From contig AE017150.2 of the NCBI GenBank assembly GCA_000002445.1, positions 192,001 through 256,000 of the forward strand: DNA of 64,000 nucleotides, read 5' to 3'. Below, one piece after another: positions 36,401 through 48,745 of this stretch. Source of the DNA: Trypanosoma brucei. Lineage: Eukaryota. Every line of letters starts with the position of its first letter. The first letter of the stretch is position 1. Below the pieces are notes generated by a model. That model did not search any database and was not told where the DNA came from. It worked only from the letters and a program-made list of their open reading frames with translations. The position numbers and the translations under genes were made by a program.

Positions 36401-39400
36401 GTGCTGCTTCACAACTTCAGCATAGGGGAATGGCGGAATCGTTTCAAATGCGGAACAGATAATGAGAGTCCAAATCTCCCTCTTAAATTCCCGTGTCCGC
36501 ATAAACTGTATACAGGTGAAACATTTCTTTCAAGGAAACTGTATTTACGAGATTTAATCCAAGGAGAGATTAGGAATGCAGATACTTCATGCCTTCAATG
36601 AACAGTCGTACATCAGACCTGTCAACTCCATTAAGTGACTGAGGAGTTAACCTATTTTAAGGTGTATGGACATGGAGACATGGTTTGAGCAACCAACAAC
36701 CAGTATTCAGTATAGTTGGCTTATGTGAAACCAAAACGTCTGCATCCGTGTATGTTCAACCTGACAGCTTCGCTTAGCCTTTTGTTAAGCTGTACGACAC
36801 TCTTCCAGGTGTATGCAACAAAATACAGTTATGCGCGTGATCTTGCAAGTGAGGATGGTAGTCTACAGTAAGCATGCGAAACAGGGAAAATATATATTGA
36901 GCTGCTCTGAATCCATTTCATGCAGAATGTAAGAGCACAACCCGGCTGATATTTTGATATGAACCAACACACTAAAGAATGATTTAAGAAGCAGGAAAAA
37001 GTTGATCCAAACTGCACTTAGCCTGGAGTTGTTTCCGATGCTCCTAGATAATAATGTGTGTGATGCGTATGGGGATTCATTACTTTTTGAGGGTGTATGA
37101 AAAAGGATGAGGAGCAGAAACTGTTCGGAAGATGACAATATTTACGATTCTTATTATTAGGTCGATATCGCCTTTGTGATGGCTTAATGGTTTAGTATGT
37201 ATGAGTGCTTTATACTCGCTTTATTTGAACACAAACTCATGCATGCGCACAAGTTGTGAAGCTGCATACCCACAGATATCAATTAAGGGCATCAACCTTT
37301 TGGTGTAAAGCAGTCATTTTCATATGAAATTAGTATTCCGAAAGAGCTACCTGGGAGAGGAAATTGAAGGTCCACCGCCCTTGCCAACATGCATTTTATC
37401 TGTATTTGTGGTCAAAATGGAGGTCACATATAGTCGCACCATTTCATTGACCGCTGCGTAATATATTCCCTTACTTATACTCATTAATATCCACTGACGC
37501 CTCTCTTTTCTCTCTTTGTGTGCGGGAAGCAGTGCCGTCGTGCAGAGAGAATCGCAACATTGGATCAGAGAATGGATCTGGAGTGTGTTAGAAGGCAGTC
37601 AGAGACAATAGAAGTTGTGACGGTTGTGGTGTTCTGGGTGAATTTGGATTTGATTAATGATGAACCTCCTCGTGTAGCGGTAAGAGACCCTGATGAAACT
37701 GCACACAAAGAAACTGGAGGAAGGGCTCACAATGGTCATAAACACGTCTTATGGATGTGATAATGTATGAAGTGAAAGTGTGGATACAAGGTTGAGAGAA
37801 ATCATGTGTGAGACTGTATTGGCCAATTTTTACAAAATGGGGATGAATTCTCTCCGTGTATGAATGCTGCGTTGGAGAGTTCAAATGATACGTTACATGT
37901 ACAAGCTGGAGAGGGTGGCGACTGACGTCTGAACTTGGAATGGATGTAGAAGACATAAAGCATTGTACCGATGCGAAAGCAAAGGGCGCATGCATGTCAG
38001 CGATAGAAAACTAGTTTAGACTCTTTTTATTCGGATATGCTGTGGCGGAAGCAGTGTGCATGCAGAAACTCCGAGCATCCGACAAAGGGATATAGAAGCG
38101 TTAACGATAGTCTCCAACTCATGGAAATCCGGCGGACATCAACTCCTCTCAATTATAAGTTACTTCGAGCTTATCAATTTCCTCCTTATGAGGTCCCATT
38201 TCCTCCACGCACTTTTGCGTCACAACAATGGAGAGAAGGAGAAAATGTTGAAGCGCATTATGCATTCTATCAAACTTGTTTGTGTATGTATTTGGTCTCT
38301 CCTGATATGAGTGTAACCGTAACCAACATGTTACCGGCTCTAGGAATCCATGAGCATGATGTACATAAAATATCACGAACTTTGTGCACGTCCCGATGTT
38401 CCACTTAGTGAGCGTCATCAAACTCAATGAGCAGAACCACATGGAAGGAGGAAATTGTGTATTTGTATGCATACATGTGTGGCAATATGTTGGTTTGTAA
38501 CACTGTGGTGAGAGTAAATGGAAGTATCTTTTAATATGGAGAATACCGCACATAAGCACACCTCAGCGTATCGCCAAGAAATAATGGCGGAAACGGGTCA
38601 GACAATGTTGCAAAGATATCAGTCTCAAATATATACATATGACACTAGCCATTCTCTGGTCACACAACAAGGAAGAGCAAGGTGTAGCGTTGATTGGATG
38701 TAACGGCAGGATGAATCATTTCCTTTAAAGGACAAATGAGCAGATGCCCGTGTGCTGTCCAAACCGGCTAACTGTGAATTGCATTTCATTGAGAAATATT
38801 TTTTGTTAATTCAGCAGGCAGAACGCCTTCTTTTTTCACTCTCACTTTACACAGACATGACGGTCGGTAGAGGTTAGTACCAGCTGATGCATTTACAACC
38901 GTGTACGGTGATAAATGTTAACTGATTGCTCCTGTCATGTGACTCTCGAGACGTTACCAGGTGACCATGGAATTATCTTAAAGGTGTTTGGATAGAAGGG
39001 CATCTAATAGGTGCCGGTCTTCTAATACAGCGAAAGGCTTGTAATGCACGCGTATGTTTGGTAAGATGCGAGGAAGCCATTGATTGTACTGTTGTAGTTA
39101 GCTGTTGCGCGCCGGATTGACTGGGTCTGGTTGCAGCACATCTCAGTAATGAAATGCAGAAACCTCTCATCCATCGCAGTGATCGGCAAATATGTCTTAA
39201 TTAAGTTGAATGGCAGGTGGTGTTTATGCATATGATGGGTTGCTCGACTGCCAGAAACCTGGATTAAAGCAGCAAAAGGTGTTGTCGTTTGTTTTTATCC
39301 ATGCATTTGCTCAAACTGTCTGTGCATCAATGCGTACTATCATTGTCTTTCAGTATAACCAACCTTTCTATGCCATCACTAGCAACCCTCTTCCATCCAT

Positions 39401-39453
39401 CATTGCTAAACAAGATAACTTTCTTGATGAATTTCATTCATGATCGCACGCGT

Positions 39454-41809
39454 ATGCCGGCTGACGAAGCACAGCAAGCTCCACCACCTCTCCCAATTAC
39501 CTTTACGACGCCAACACTTTTCCTGTTGCTGTTAGTGTTACTTCAACTTTATCAAATATGTGTTATTTTTAACGCAGATGACAGTGGGAAAGTTACGGTG
39601 AAGGCAATATCTCTGTTATACAGTCGAAAATGGGACCTACAAGTTATCAATGCCGTGAATGCCGGTTTCAATGCCTCCCTGGTTGCTCGGAACTGGACGG
39701 TGGCACTCGGGGTGAATGTTGAAGTTGCCCGCTCCCCCTCATACGGCATCAATTTGGTCCAGTTTCTGAATGATTGCCCGAAGGCACTAAATGGCGATGA
39801 CGCGAACGAGCTGTACAATACATCAGAAGGGAACCAACTTGTTGGATTCGGTCCCATGACTGAGTATCGACAGGGCATGAGGGATACCTGCCGCATTTTT
39901 GCTTCCTGCTCCTTGGGGCCACTGGCGAACTTATTACCCCAGTACGTTATGCGGTGAGTCACTTACGTGTGCTAAAGCAGGGTTTCATGTATCTTGATGG
40001 GCTCCCGGGAGGTAGTGAGGCATATAATCAGGCAGTGGATTTCATATGGCGCATGGGGTACAGTTTCTGTTGTGTTTTCACGGTGGAGGACAAAGCGGGT
40101 GGCCAAGGTGGATCACCTGAGGAATTCGACGCCGTATGGGATGAGTTTGCTGGGGGAAATCCACAGGCTGTGATTATGTTTGCCGCCATGAAGCCTGATG
40201 CCAAAAAAAAAAATCTCGTGAGGTTGGTGTCTGATCCGCGTACGGAAGATACGTTCATGCCAACTCCGATCTTATTGCAGAAATCAATCGTGAGCATCTG
40301 GAAGGAGACATTGGAGGAAGCGAATGTTCCGTTTGTTCCCCATCGTGTGATTCAGACGGGGTCAAATCCTCTCGCTGAGGAAGATTATATCGACGCGGTA
40401 AAACGCTTTCAGACTGAAATGAGGAACTATTTGACTGAATACAAGGAGTGGAGTGGCTTCAATGATGCGGATCACTTTCTAAAGAGTGACGCGGATGGGG
40501 AGCTGACGATCAATGGCTGGATTACTGGAGAGGTGTTGGCGCGGGCACTGCGTAGTCATGGCTGGATGAAAAATCGCACAGCCGTCATTGAGTCGCCGTT
40601 ATGTGATTGATGGCATCGTGATCGGTGATTTTGGAGGTGAGTGCGATAGCTTTACCACTGCAAATGATGCCACTTGCCGCTGCAACCGTGGCAGGAAGGA
40701 CGTCTACATGAGGGAGATTGCTGAAAATTACCGCCTGCAACCGCCTGTTGGCAGGCATATTATGACAACTTCCTTACAGTGTTATATCGATCCCTCATTC
40801 CTATAGACACCACTCACCGGCCTCACCGTTGATATGGAAGATCACGAAGAGCTTCTGAGAGGTTCCACACAGTTTGAAACTGGTGTGTCCACCACGACCT
40901 CATCTGGGAAAGTTGGCGAGATGAACAGTTTCTTCCTTCAGAGGATTGCCACAGATACGCACAAGGTTTCCAACGAGCTCAACACATTGCGGCAGGAAAG
41001 GATAGTCACTGCCGTGTTTGGCATCGTAACAAAAGCGGTGCTCGGTCTGACATTCATTGACCCTATGACACCAATCCCCCATCTGAACAGTTTCAGCAGG
41101 AATGTGATCCACTTGTCCCCAACAATGGAACAGCAGCTATGCATGTTAGCGAGCTCCCTCTCCAGCATTCGTGCTGACTTCCACCAATCGCGTTGTAAGG
41201 GGCGGTGAGGCGTCCGCTTTCATTGATGCGCTAAGAAAGGCACTGCTCACATTTGGCTTGAACCTCAGCTCTACCGTTGTGTTGACTGCAGGGGACTCTG
41301 TTGGAGAGTATCTTTCGAAAAGTGGTAGCACTTTTATCATTGGACTTGCTGTTGATGGCATTGTGGTAATTGAAGAGCATCTTCGTATCCAAGACAAGGC
41401 GCGCGTATTTGTCCAGTTCTCTGGCATTGCGCTGCTGTAAAATGAGTTTGTGCAAGCCTTCGACAATAGCGGTGGCACCAAGCACCTTTTGTTCGCAACA
41501 AGTTTGCTTTGCTACCCAGACATCAACACGACATCGTAGACTGTGCAACGGTTCCACGAGGCGGTACGTGAGGTGGAAAAGTGGACGCCGCTGTCGGTGC
41601 TGGGTTTCGCCACGGGTAGACTAATCCAAGAGAATCTGCAAAACATGGAAAGGGTAACGTCCGGCCTGCTGGTCGGCCTTTTCTTCAACCAAACAGTAAT
41701 CATCATTGATGGCATGCGTTATATGGGCCGTACAAACATTATGATTGCATAATCAACGTTGTCGTTACCGCTGATGATTGCATGTCAAACTTCGGTGCTA
41801 CGGATATAA

Positions 41810-41859
<50 letters not shown>

Positions 41860-42372
41860 TCAGTGGCACGTGCGCTACGGTCAGATGCACCAACACTACA
41901 GAATGCGATGTCGCCGTCGTTGGTGTGCGGTGTCCCCAACGGTAACGCCCTCACCCCCGCACAAGTTGCTGGTGTGGTTGGTGACTCTTTATTCGTTGTG
42001 GCTCTCGCAATATGTCTAAGCTTACTTGCGTGATTCCCTCTCCGCGGCACCCGTGATAACGACAGCGCGCCGAAGGAATCAACGGACCCTGTGACACTAA
42101 TATTTACTGACATTGAGAGCAGGACTGTGTTGTGGGCTGCACACCCTGACCTGACGCCTGATGCCGTTGCAACACATCACCGTCTGATTCGTTCACTGAT
42201 TGGGAGGTATGACTGCTACGAGGTGAAAACTGTTGGTGATTTGTTCACAATAGTGAGCAAGAGTCCCTTCGCTGCCGTCCACCTCGCACAGGAACTACAG
42301 CTGTGTTTCTTGCATCATTCCTTCCGAAGGGGCTGCACAATTTCTGACAGCGCCGAATGGACAAATGCATAA
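39454..42372 (+). pseudogene. GRESAG4: Receptor-type adenylate cyclase pseudogene (GRESAG4/ESAG4 family). It has multiple frameshifts and is 3'-truncated within the catalytic domain.
   Basis: Nine consecutive plus-strand ORFs tile the region in all three frames. The reading starts MPADEAQQ with a hydrophobic signal-like TLFLLLLVLLQLY, then a large extracellular domain (NAVNAGFNASLVARNWT). A TM helix VAGVVGDSLFVVALAICLSLLA follows, then RDNDSAPKESTDPVTLIFTDIESRTVLWAAHPDLTPDAVATHHRLIRSLIGRYDCYEVKTVGDLFTIVSKSPFAAVHLAQELQLCFLHH, the class III cyclase N-terminus. The reading stops shortly after. Confidence 0.6.
41813..41858. repeat. (GT)23 microsatellite inside the GRESAG4 pseudogene
   Basis: Direct read. 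Confidence 0.95.
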
Positions 42373-44562
42373 TATTACTGAGCGCTGCTTACGCACGCAG
42401 CTTATATAATGTCACATGCGTTGTGATTTGTAGAGGGGAGTGGGCCACCAGAAATTAGGTCATTTTAATGTCAATAAGTTTTTACCGCTTGTTGGAGCCG
42501 TCATTCCCCGCACTTAACCGTTTCGAACCGAGGAGTTGGTAAAAGACGGCCAATCAACGGCATCGTCGACACCGTGGCCATCAGTACGGGATTTTACATA
42601 CGGTAACGAAGCGTGGGCATATGTTTTTCTTTAAACGTCATTTTTTAAATTTTTCTGTACATTGTTGCTGTCACTTCTACGAAGTATGGCCAGAATGTTA
42701 GAGTAGTGCATTTGTGTGCAAAACGAAGAAAATAATACTCCCCTTGTTTTTCTTTCCCTCTTGGGTTGTATGAAAAGAGGGGGCTCCTGTTTGTAGGATG
42801 ACAAGAGCTGTTTTGTTTCTTTCCTCAAAAAAAATTACATGCTCCATAGTTGCTCCAATATTCCCATCCCTTCATTGGAAAATGACCCGACGGCTCCGTC
42901 CATGTGAGTGAAGCGGTGTCCCTGATATTTGCCCTGATGCTTTTTCTTTTTTCCACCGTGGAACCTGCACTGCACTGCACTTGCGTTCCCTCATCCCCTC
43001 TTACAGTTATCCGTTTCACTTCCCCTGTTGAGGGATGCGTATTTCCAACCGCGCGAGATATCAAACAGTAAATCTGTCGGACAAACAAAAGGCTAAGAAA
43101 TTCGTCACATAAACTTATGAGCTTTCACCACTGAGGCACGCACGCTCACCAACACCAACAAAGTCAAGCAAAAGGCGCTGCATATTAATACTCAATGGCG
43201 CCATAATGTTCCCTTTCGTGTTCCCTTTTCCCTCTTCCTTCCGTTGGGGTTACACAACACTTGTGGGAACCCGCTTCACTTCCTCCTTTTCCAATTATGA
43301 AGGTAACTGTGTTTTGTTTGCCACACTTCCGCTTGTTATTTCTCCAACTGGTTTCACTTTCAGAAGTCGCGTGTACACCACTTGTGGAGAAAATATTACA
43401 TTAAGCAAAACCAACAACGAAAAAAATGGCAATACATTCTAAAACATTCCCTCAACATTGCAGAACTCATGAAAGGAACCATGGTTACTGCCACCAGGCT
43501 AAGCAAAGACCAAAAGGCTTTTGAAATGTGTTTTCGAATCGAATGTACCACTGGTATTTCTTTAACATGCAAACACAACAGAAATCACGGCATGCACGAA
43601 CACGAGTGCCAAGCTTCTTATAGAGATATTTCAATACCTGAAAAAGGGACCGGGACGCAAAGTTTGGGGATGGAATTTCCCCGCCTGTAGCGGTGATTAT
43701 CTAAGACATTCAATCAACGCATTTCCGACTGTCCACAGTTAATCGGAAACCGTAGTGACCATATGTCTCCCTAATTACTGTTGTCCCTTCAGTTTTCACA
43801 GTAGATGTTTCAATTGGCTTCTGCGGCCGAGGTAAATAAAGCGTATGCGTCATATCCGGGAGGTGTTTTCATGTGTCTTCGCTTTCCGTTTTGTCACTGC
43901 GTTTGGGCTCACGCAATGACATTAATTGAAATTTAGGCCACTACCATAGATGGGTGGCTCGTGGAGGGAATGAAGATTGGGATTATTCTAACAGCTTTGT
44001 GGTTGTGTGTGCCGTGCTTTTGGAAAATATTGCAGCCAATGAAAGGGAAGGCAAGTGTCACCTTGCTTTCCATGCCGCGGCATCAATGCATAAGAATTAT
44101 ATGCTAGTTGCTCTGCAAGGGAAGGTCGTGAAGGCGAAGGTTAGCTTCCGGTTTAAGGAAGTGCAAAGACTTCCTGATACTACTGTCAGAAACTACTGTT
44201 GCTGCGTGCTCCAGGCACTGGGTCAGTAATTCATAAATACAGCAACGAGAATAAAATTAATCCCTTGTGGCTGCTAAGCGTGTAAGCAACTGAGAATAAT
44301 AAACAGTATATTTTTGCCACACTTTATTGATTTCTTTATATATACAAAACAACTACACTGCAATTATTTATCGTTTCTCTTTTCAGTTGGAGGACACCGA
44401 ATAAGGGTTAGGATTACTGACCATAACACATTTTGGCATGCACCTCAATTACTTCCTTATAACACTTCCCCCCATTTGATTCATCGCTTAGCTCTATTAT
44501 TAAAAAAGAAAAAGCATTTCCTCAACACTCAGCACCTCAAGGAATCGGAAACGGGAACCACA

Positions 44563-47500
44563 ATGTCAGGAAACCAAGGAAGAAAGCGACAGCGCAGCTC
44601 ATCACCTGAGCAGTCAGAAGCTTTAAGGGAACCATCAACTACTGAACAAAATAAACTCACCACCGTTACAATCACCGAAGAGACGCGTGACGCCAGTAAT
44701 GATGAAACTGTGGTATCATTACTGAATGAGCATAAGAAATTGATTAAACAAACGACACGGCTGGAAAGCAGTGTGAAGGCACTTAGGTGTTTCATGAGTA
44801 ATCTCACAGCTATGAGTGGCGAAAGGCAAGGTGGTGTGTGTGATGACACCGAATGCATACATAGAGTAACATTATATAATGCTGCTGATAATGCCTTCAG
44901 TGACGAAGGACTATATGAAGGTGCTCTTTCCTCACTCTGTGGCCGCATTCATACCAAGAAATTAACCATCACGTTATCAAAAGGTTGGAAATTTAACTTA
45001 GAACGAGTCAGTAAGCTAAAACAGTTGGAAGAGTTACGCATTGAATATCCGCGTGGCAAACTTGTGAATATGATATCTTTGAAGAAACTGCACATGTTGA
45101 AAAGGCTTTGTCTCAGGAGCAACAATATTGACAACAATGATATTCACTGCATATTCAGTGTTGGAACATTGGAGGAGTTGGTTATTACTGACACCATGCA
45201 ACTGACAAATATCAGAGGAATCTCTCGCTTGACTAACCTGAAGTGTCTTGAGTTAAATTCCACAGATATTGACGATAGCTGTATAGGGGAAATAAGTGCA
45301 TGTGCTAAACTGTCCAAATTGAGTGTATCCGAATGCAACAATATCACGGATACAACCCCAATTTCACAGCTTGAAGCACTGGAAGAGTTGAATCTAAACA
45401 GCTGTTACCACATAACGAAGGGAATAGGAACAGTTGGCATGTTGTTACGATTGCGTATACTTGACTTGAGTGGTGTTCCTGTGGAAGATAATTGTCTGAA
45501 GGGTTTGTGTGATTGTGGATCGCTTGAAAGGCTGAACATTTCTTATTGTATTCAGCTGAAAGATATCAATCCACTCTCCAATGCCACTGCTACTGAGGAA
45601 TTGAACCTTAACGGTTGTCGCCGAATAACACGAGGGATAGGCGTTGTGTGGGCATTACCAAAACTCCGTGTATTGCACATGAAGGATGTGCACCTGAGCG
45701 AGCCATCTCTCGATTCAGTTGGGACTGGTGGATCACTTGTAAAGGTCAGTCTTGATAACTGCGCAGGCTTTGGTGATATGACACTCTTATCCAGCATTGT
45801 TACACTCGAGGAGCTGAATATTCAAAAATGTGCTGACATCATTAGTGGTGTGGGTTGCCTTGGTACACTACCGTACCTGCGTGTACTTAACATAAAGGAG
45901 GCACACATCTCGTCCCTTGACTTTACTGGTATTGGTGCCTCAAAATCCCTTTTACAGCTCAATATGGAGAGTATCACGGGACTGAGTAATGTGGAAGCAC
46001 TTGCCAACATTTTGACTCTGGAAAAACTAAGCCTTCACGGCTGCACGGGTATTGACGCAGGAATTGGTTGTCTCGGAAACCTGCCACAGCTTAAAATGTT
46101 GGACCTGTCTGGCACAAATACCGACAATGAGTCTCTCAGAAGTTTATGCCTATCACAGACAATGGCGTCCCTCAACCTTTCCCATTGTTGGAAAATGACA
46201 AATGTGTCCCATATTTCAAGCCTTGAAGCATTGAATGAACTGAATCTGAGCAACTGTTTTGGAATAAATGCAGGATGGGAAGCAATTGAAAAACTTCAGC
46301 AGCTACATGTGGCAATCCTCTCGAATACACATATTACTGATAGAGGCATATCCTATTTTAGCAAGTGCAAAAACCTTGTTACGCTTGATCTTTCTTTCTG
46401 CAATAAGTTACTTGATGTTACAACTCTCTCCAACATCACTACGCTTGAGGAGTTGAATCTTGATAGTTGTTCAAACATCAGAAAAGGGCTGAGCGTTCTT
46501 GGAGAGTTGCCATGGCTTTGTGTGTTGAACATAAAGGGTGTGCACTTGAAAGATTCAGTTATTGTTTCACTAGGGAACGGTAACTCATTTGTAAGGCTCA
46601 GTCTTGAGAACTGCAAAGGGTTTGGTGATGTCACGCCTCTCTCAAACCTTGTTACACTTGAAGAACTGAATCTCCACTACTGTGACAAAGTAACCTCTGG
46701 AATGGGAACACTGGGCAGGCTACTGCAGCTTCGTGTACTGGATTTGGGACGGACACAAGTTGATAATAATTCCCTTGAGAATATCTGCACAAGCTCAATC
46801 CCACTTGTATCATTAAATCTTTCGCATTGCAAGAAAATAACATCTATTTCTGCAATAGCTTCCCTTACGGCATTGGAGGAACTCAGCATTGGCAACTGCT
46901 GTAATGTAACATCCGGTTGGAATGTATTTGGTACACTTCACCAACTGCGTGTCCGTACTGTCAAACACACGCATTAATGATGAAAAAATACGGCACGTTA
47001 GCGAGTGCAAGTCTTTGAATACACTCAACCTTGCGTTTTGCAAAGATATAACAGACGTCACAGCACTTTCTAAAATTACTATGCTTGAGGAGTTGAACCT
47101 TGATTGCTGCCCTAACATCAGAAAAGGTATTGAAACTCTTGGAACGCTTCCCAAGGCACGTATCCTAAGCATGAAGGAATGTTACATGGGAGACGGATAT
47201 GCGCAACAATGTTCCATCCTTGGGAATAGTAAGTCACTTGTGAAACTGAATCTTGAGAGGTCAATGGGATTCATACCTGTGAAAGCTCTCTCTAACATTG
47301 CAACGTTGGAGGAATTGGTACTTGATCATGCACGGGAAGTATGTTGTATACCGTCATTTTCCTGTCTACCGCGCCTTCGAGTACTGAATCTGAAATATAC
47401 AGATATTAATGGTGATGTAACTAAAAATATTTCCGAATCGAAATCGCTGCAGTCACTCAACTTATCACATTGCAAATGGGTAACTGATATATCAGTATTA

Positions 47501-48745
47501 TCTTCATTATCAACACTGGAGGAGCTGAATGTTAACTGCTGCAATGGAATACGAAAAGGCTGGGAGTCGCTCGGGAAGCTGCCTCTACTACGTGTAGCAA
47601 TTCTATCTGATACCAACATCACCGCTAAAGATATAGCTTGCCTTAGCAGTTGCAAAAAGCTGGTGAAACTGCAGTTTTTCCGGTGTGAGAAGTTGTCAGA
47701 TGTTACGGTGGTGTATAAAATTCAATCACTGGAGGAACTGATAGTTAGGAGCTGTTCAGACGGCCTCAAGGGACTAAATGACCTTGGTACACTCCCACGG
47801 TTGCGTTTTTTCCATCTGCGAAATGTGAGAGGTAGTGATATATCTGTTGAATCTATTGGGACGAGCAAATCTCTCGTGAGGCTTAATATTGAAGTGGGCG
47901 AGGAGTTAACAGACATAACACCCCTCTCCAACGTCACGTCCCTTGAGGAATTGTCATTGCGGGATTACCGTAAACCCCCGGAAGGAGTCTGGACACTTGG
48001 GAGGTTACCACGGCTTAAATCGCTGGATCTCGGTTTATCTCGCATTAGCGATAGCACACTTTATTATATTTGTCTGTCTCGATCAATTACGTCACTCAAC
48101 CTAGACTCCAGTTGGAAACTAACAGACATATCTCATATATCAAACCTTACGGCACTGGAGGAATTGAATCTGAGCGGATGTTACCGCATAACTTCAGGCT
48201 GGGAAGCACTAAGCGAATTACCACGACTTCGTGTGCTCAACTTGAAATCCGCCAGTGTCACGACGCGTTACGATGGATATTATATCAGCAGATGCAAATC
48301 CCTCGTCACACTGAATATTCAATTGAGTGATATGACCGATGCTTCATGTCTTGCTAATATCAAGACACTGGAGGAGTTGCATATAGGGAAATTCAAAGAG
48401 CTAACGCAGGGGTTTAGTGCACTTTTCACTCTTCCGAGGTTACGCATTCTTGACCTGTTTATGTCGCGCATTACAGATGAAGATCTCAGGGAAATTCAAC
48501 CACCCCATACCATTGAGGAACTCAATCTTTCTTATTGTGAGGAGCTCAATGATATTACACCACTTGGGAGAATAAAATCAATTAAAAAATTGCATCTCCG
48601 TCAGAGACATGATGTCAGAACGCCCACAGAAGGATTCAGAAGTCTTTTGGAATTGCCATGTCTTTCTTGGGTTGACCTAGACAACGTGTGTGGCTGGTCT
48701 GATGTTTCTTGTGAACTGAGAAAAAGGAGGGTACATATCCGTTAA
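44563..48745 (+). CDS. LRRP: Leucine-rich repeat protein (LRRP, ESAG8-like LRR family), about 1390 aa. The reading frame breaks once near 46950 (a -2 shift), so this is either a pseudogene or a sequencing error.
   Basis: ORF 44314..46977 (real start probably MSGNQGRKRQR at 44563) and ORF 46922..48745 together hold more than 40 tandem 23-25-aa LRRs of the LEELNLSxCxxITD / LxxLxxLRVLxL type. Repeat periodicity is continuous across the frame break (…GTLHQLRV / LSNTRINDEKIRHVSECKSL). Confidence 0.75.
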
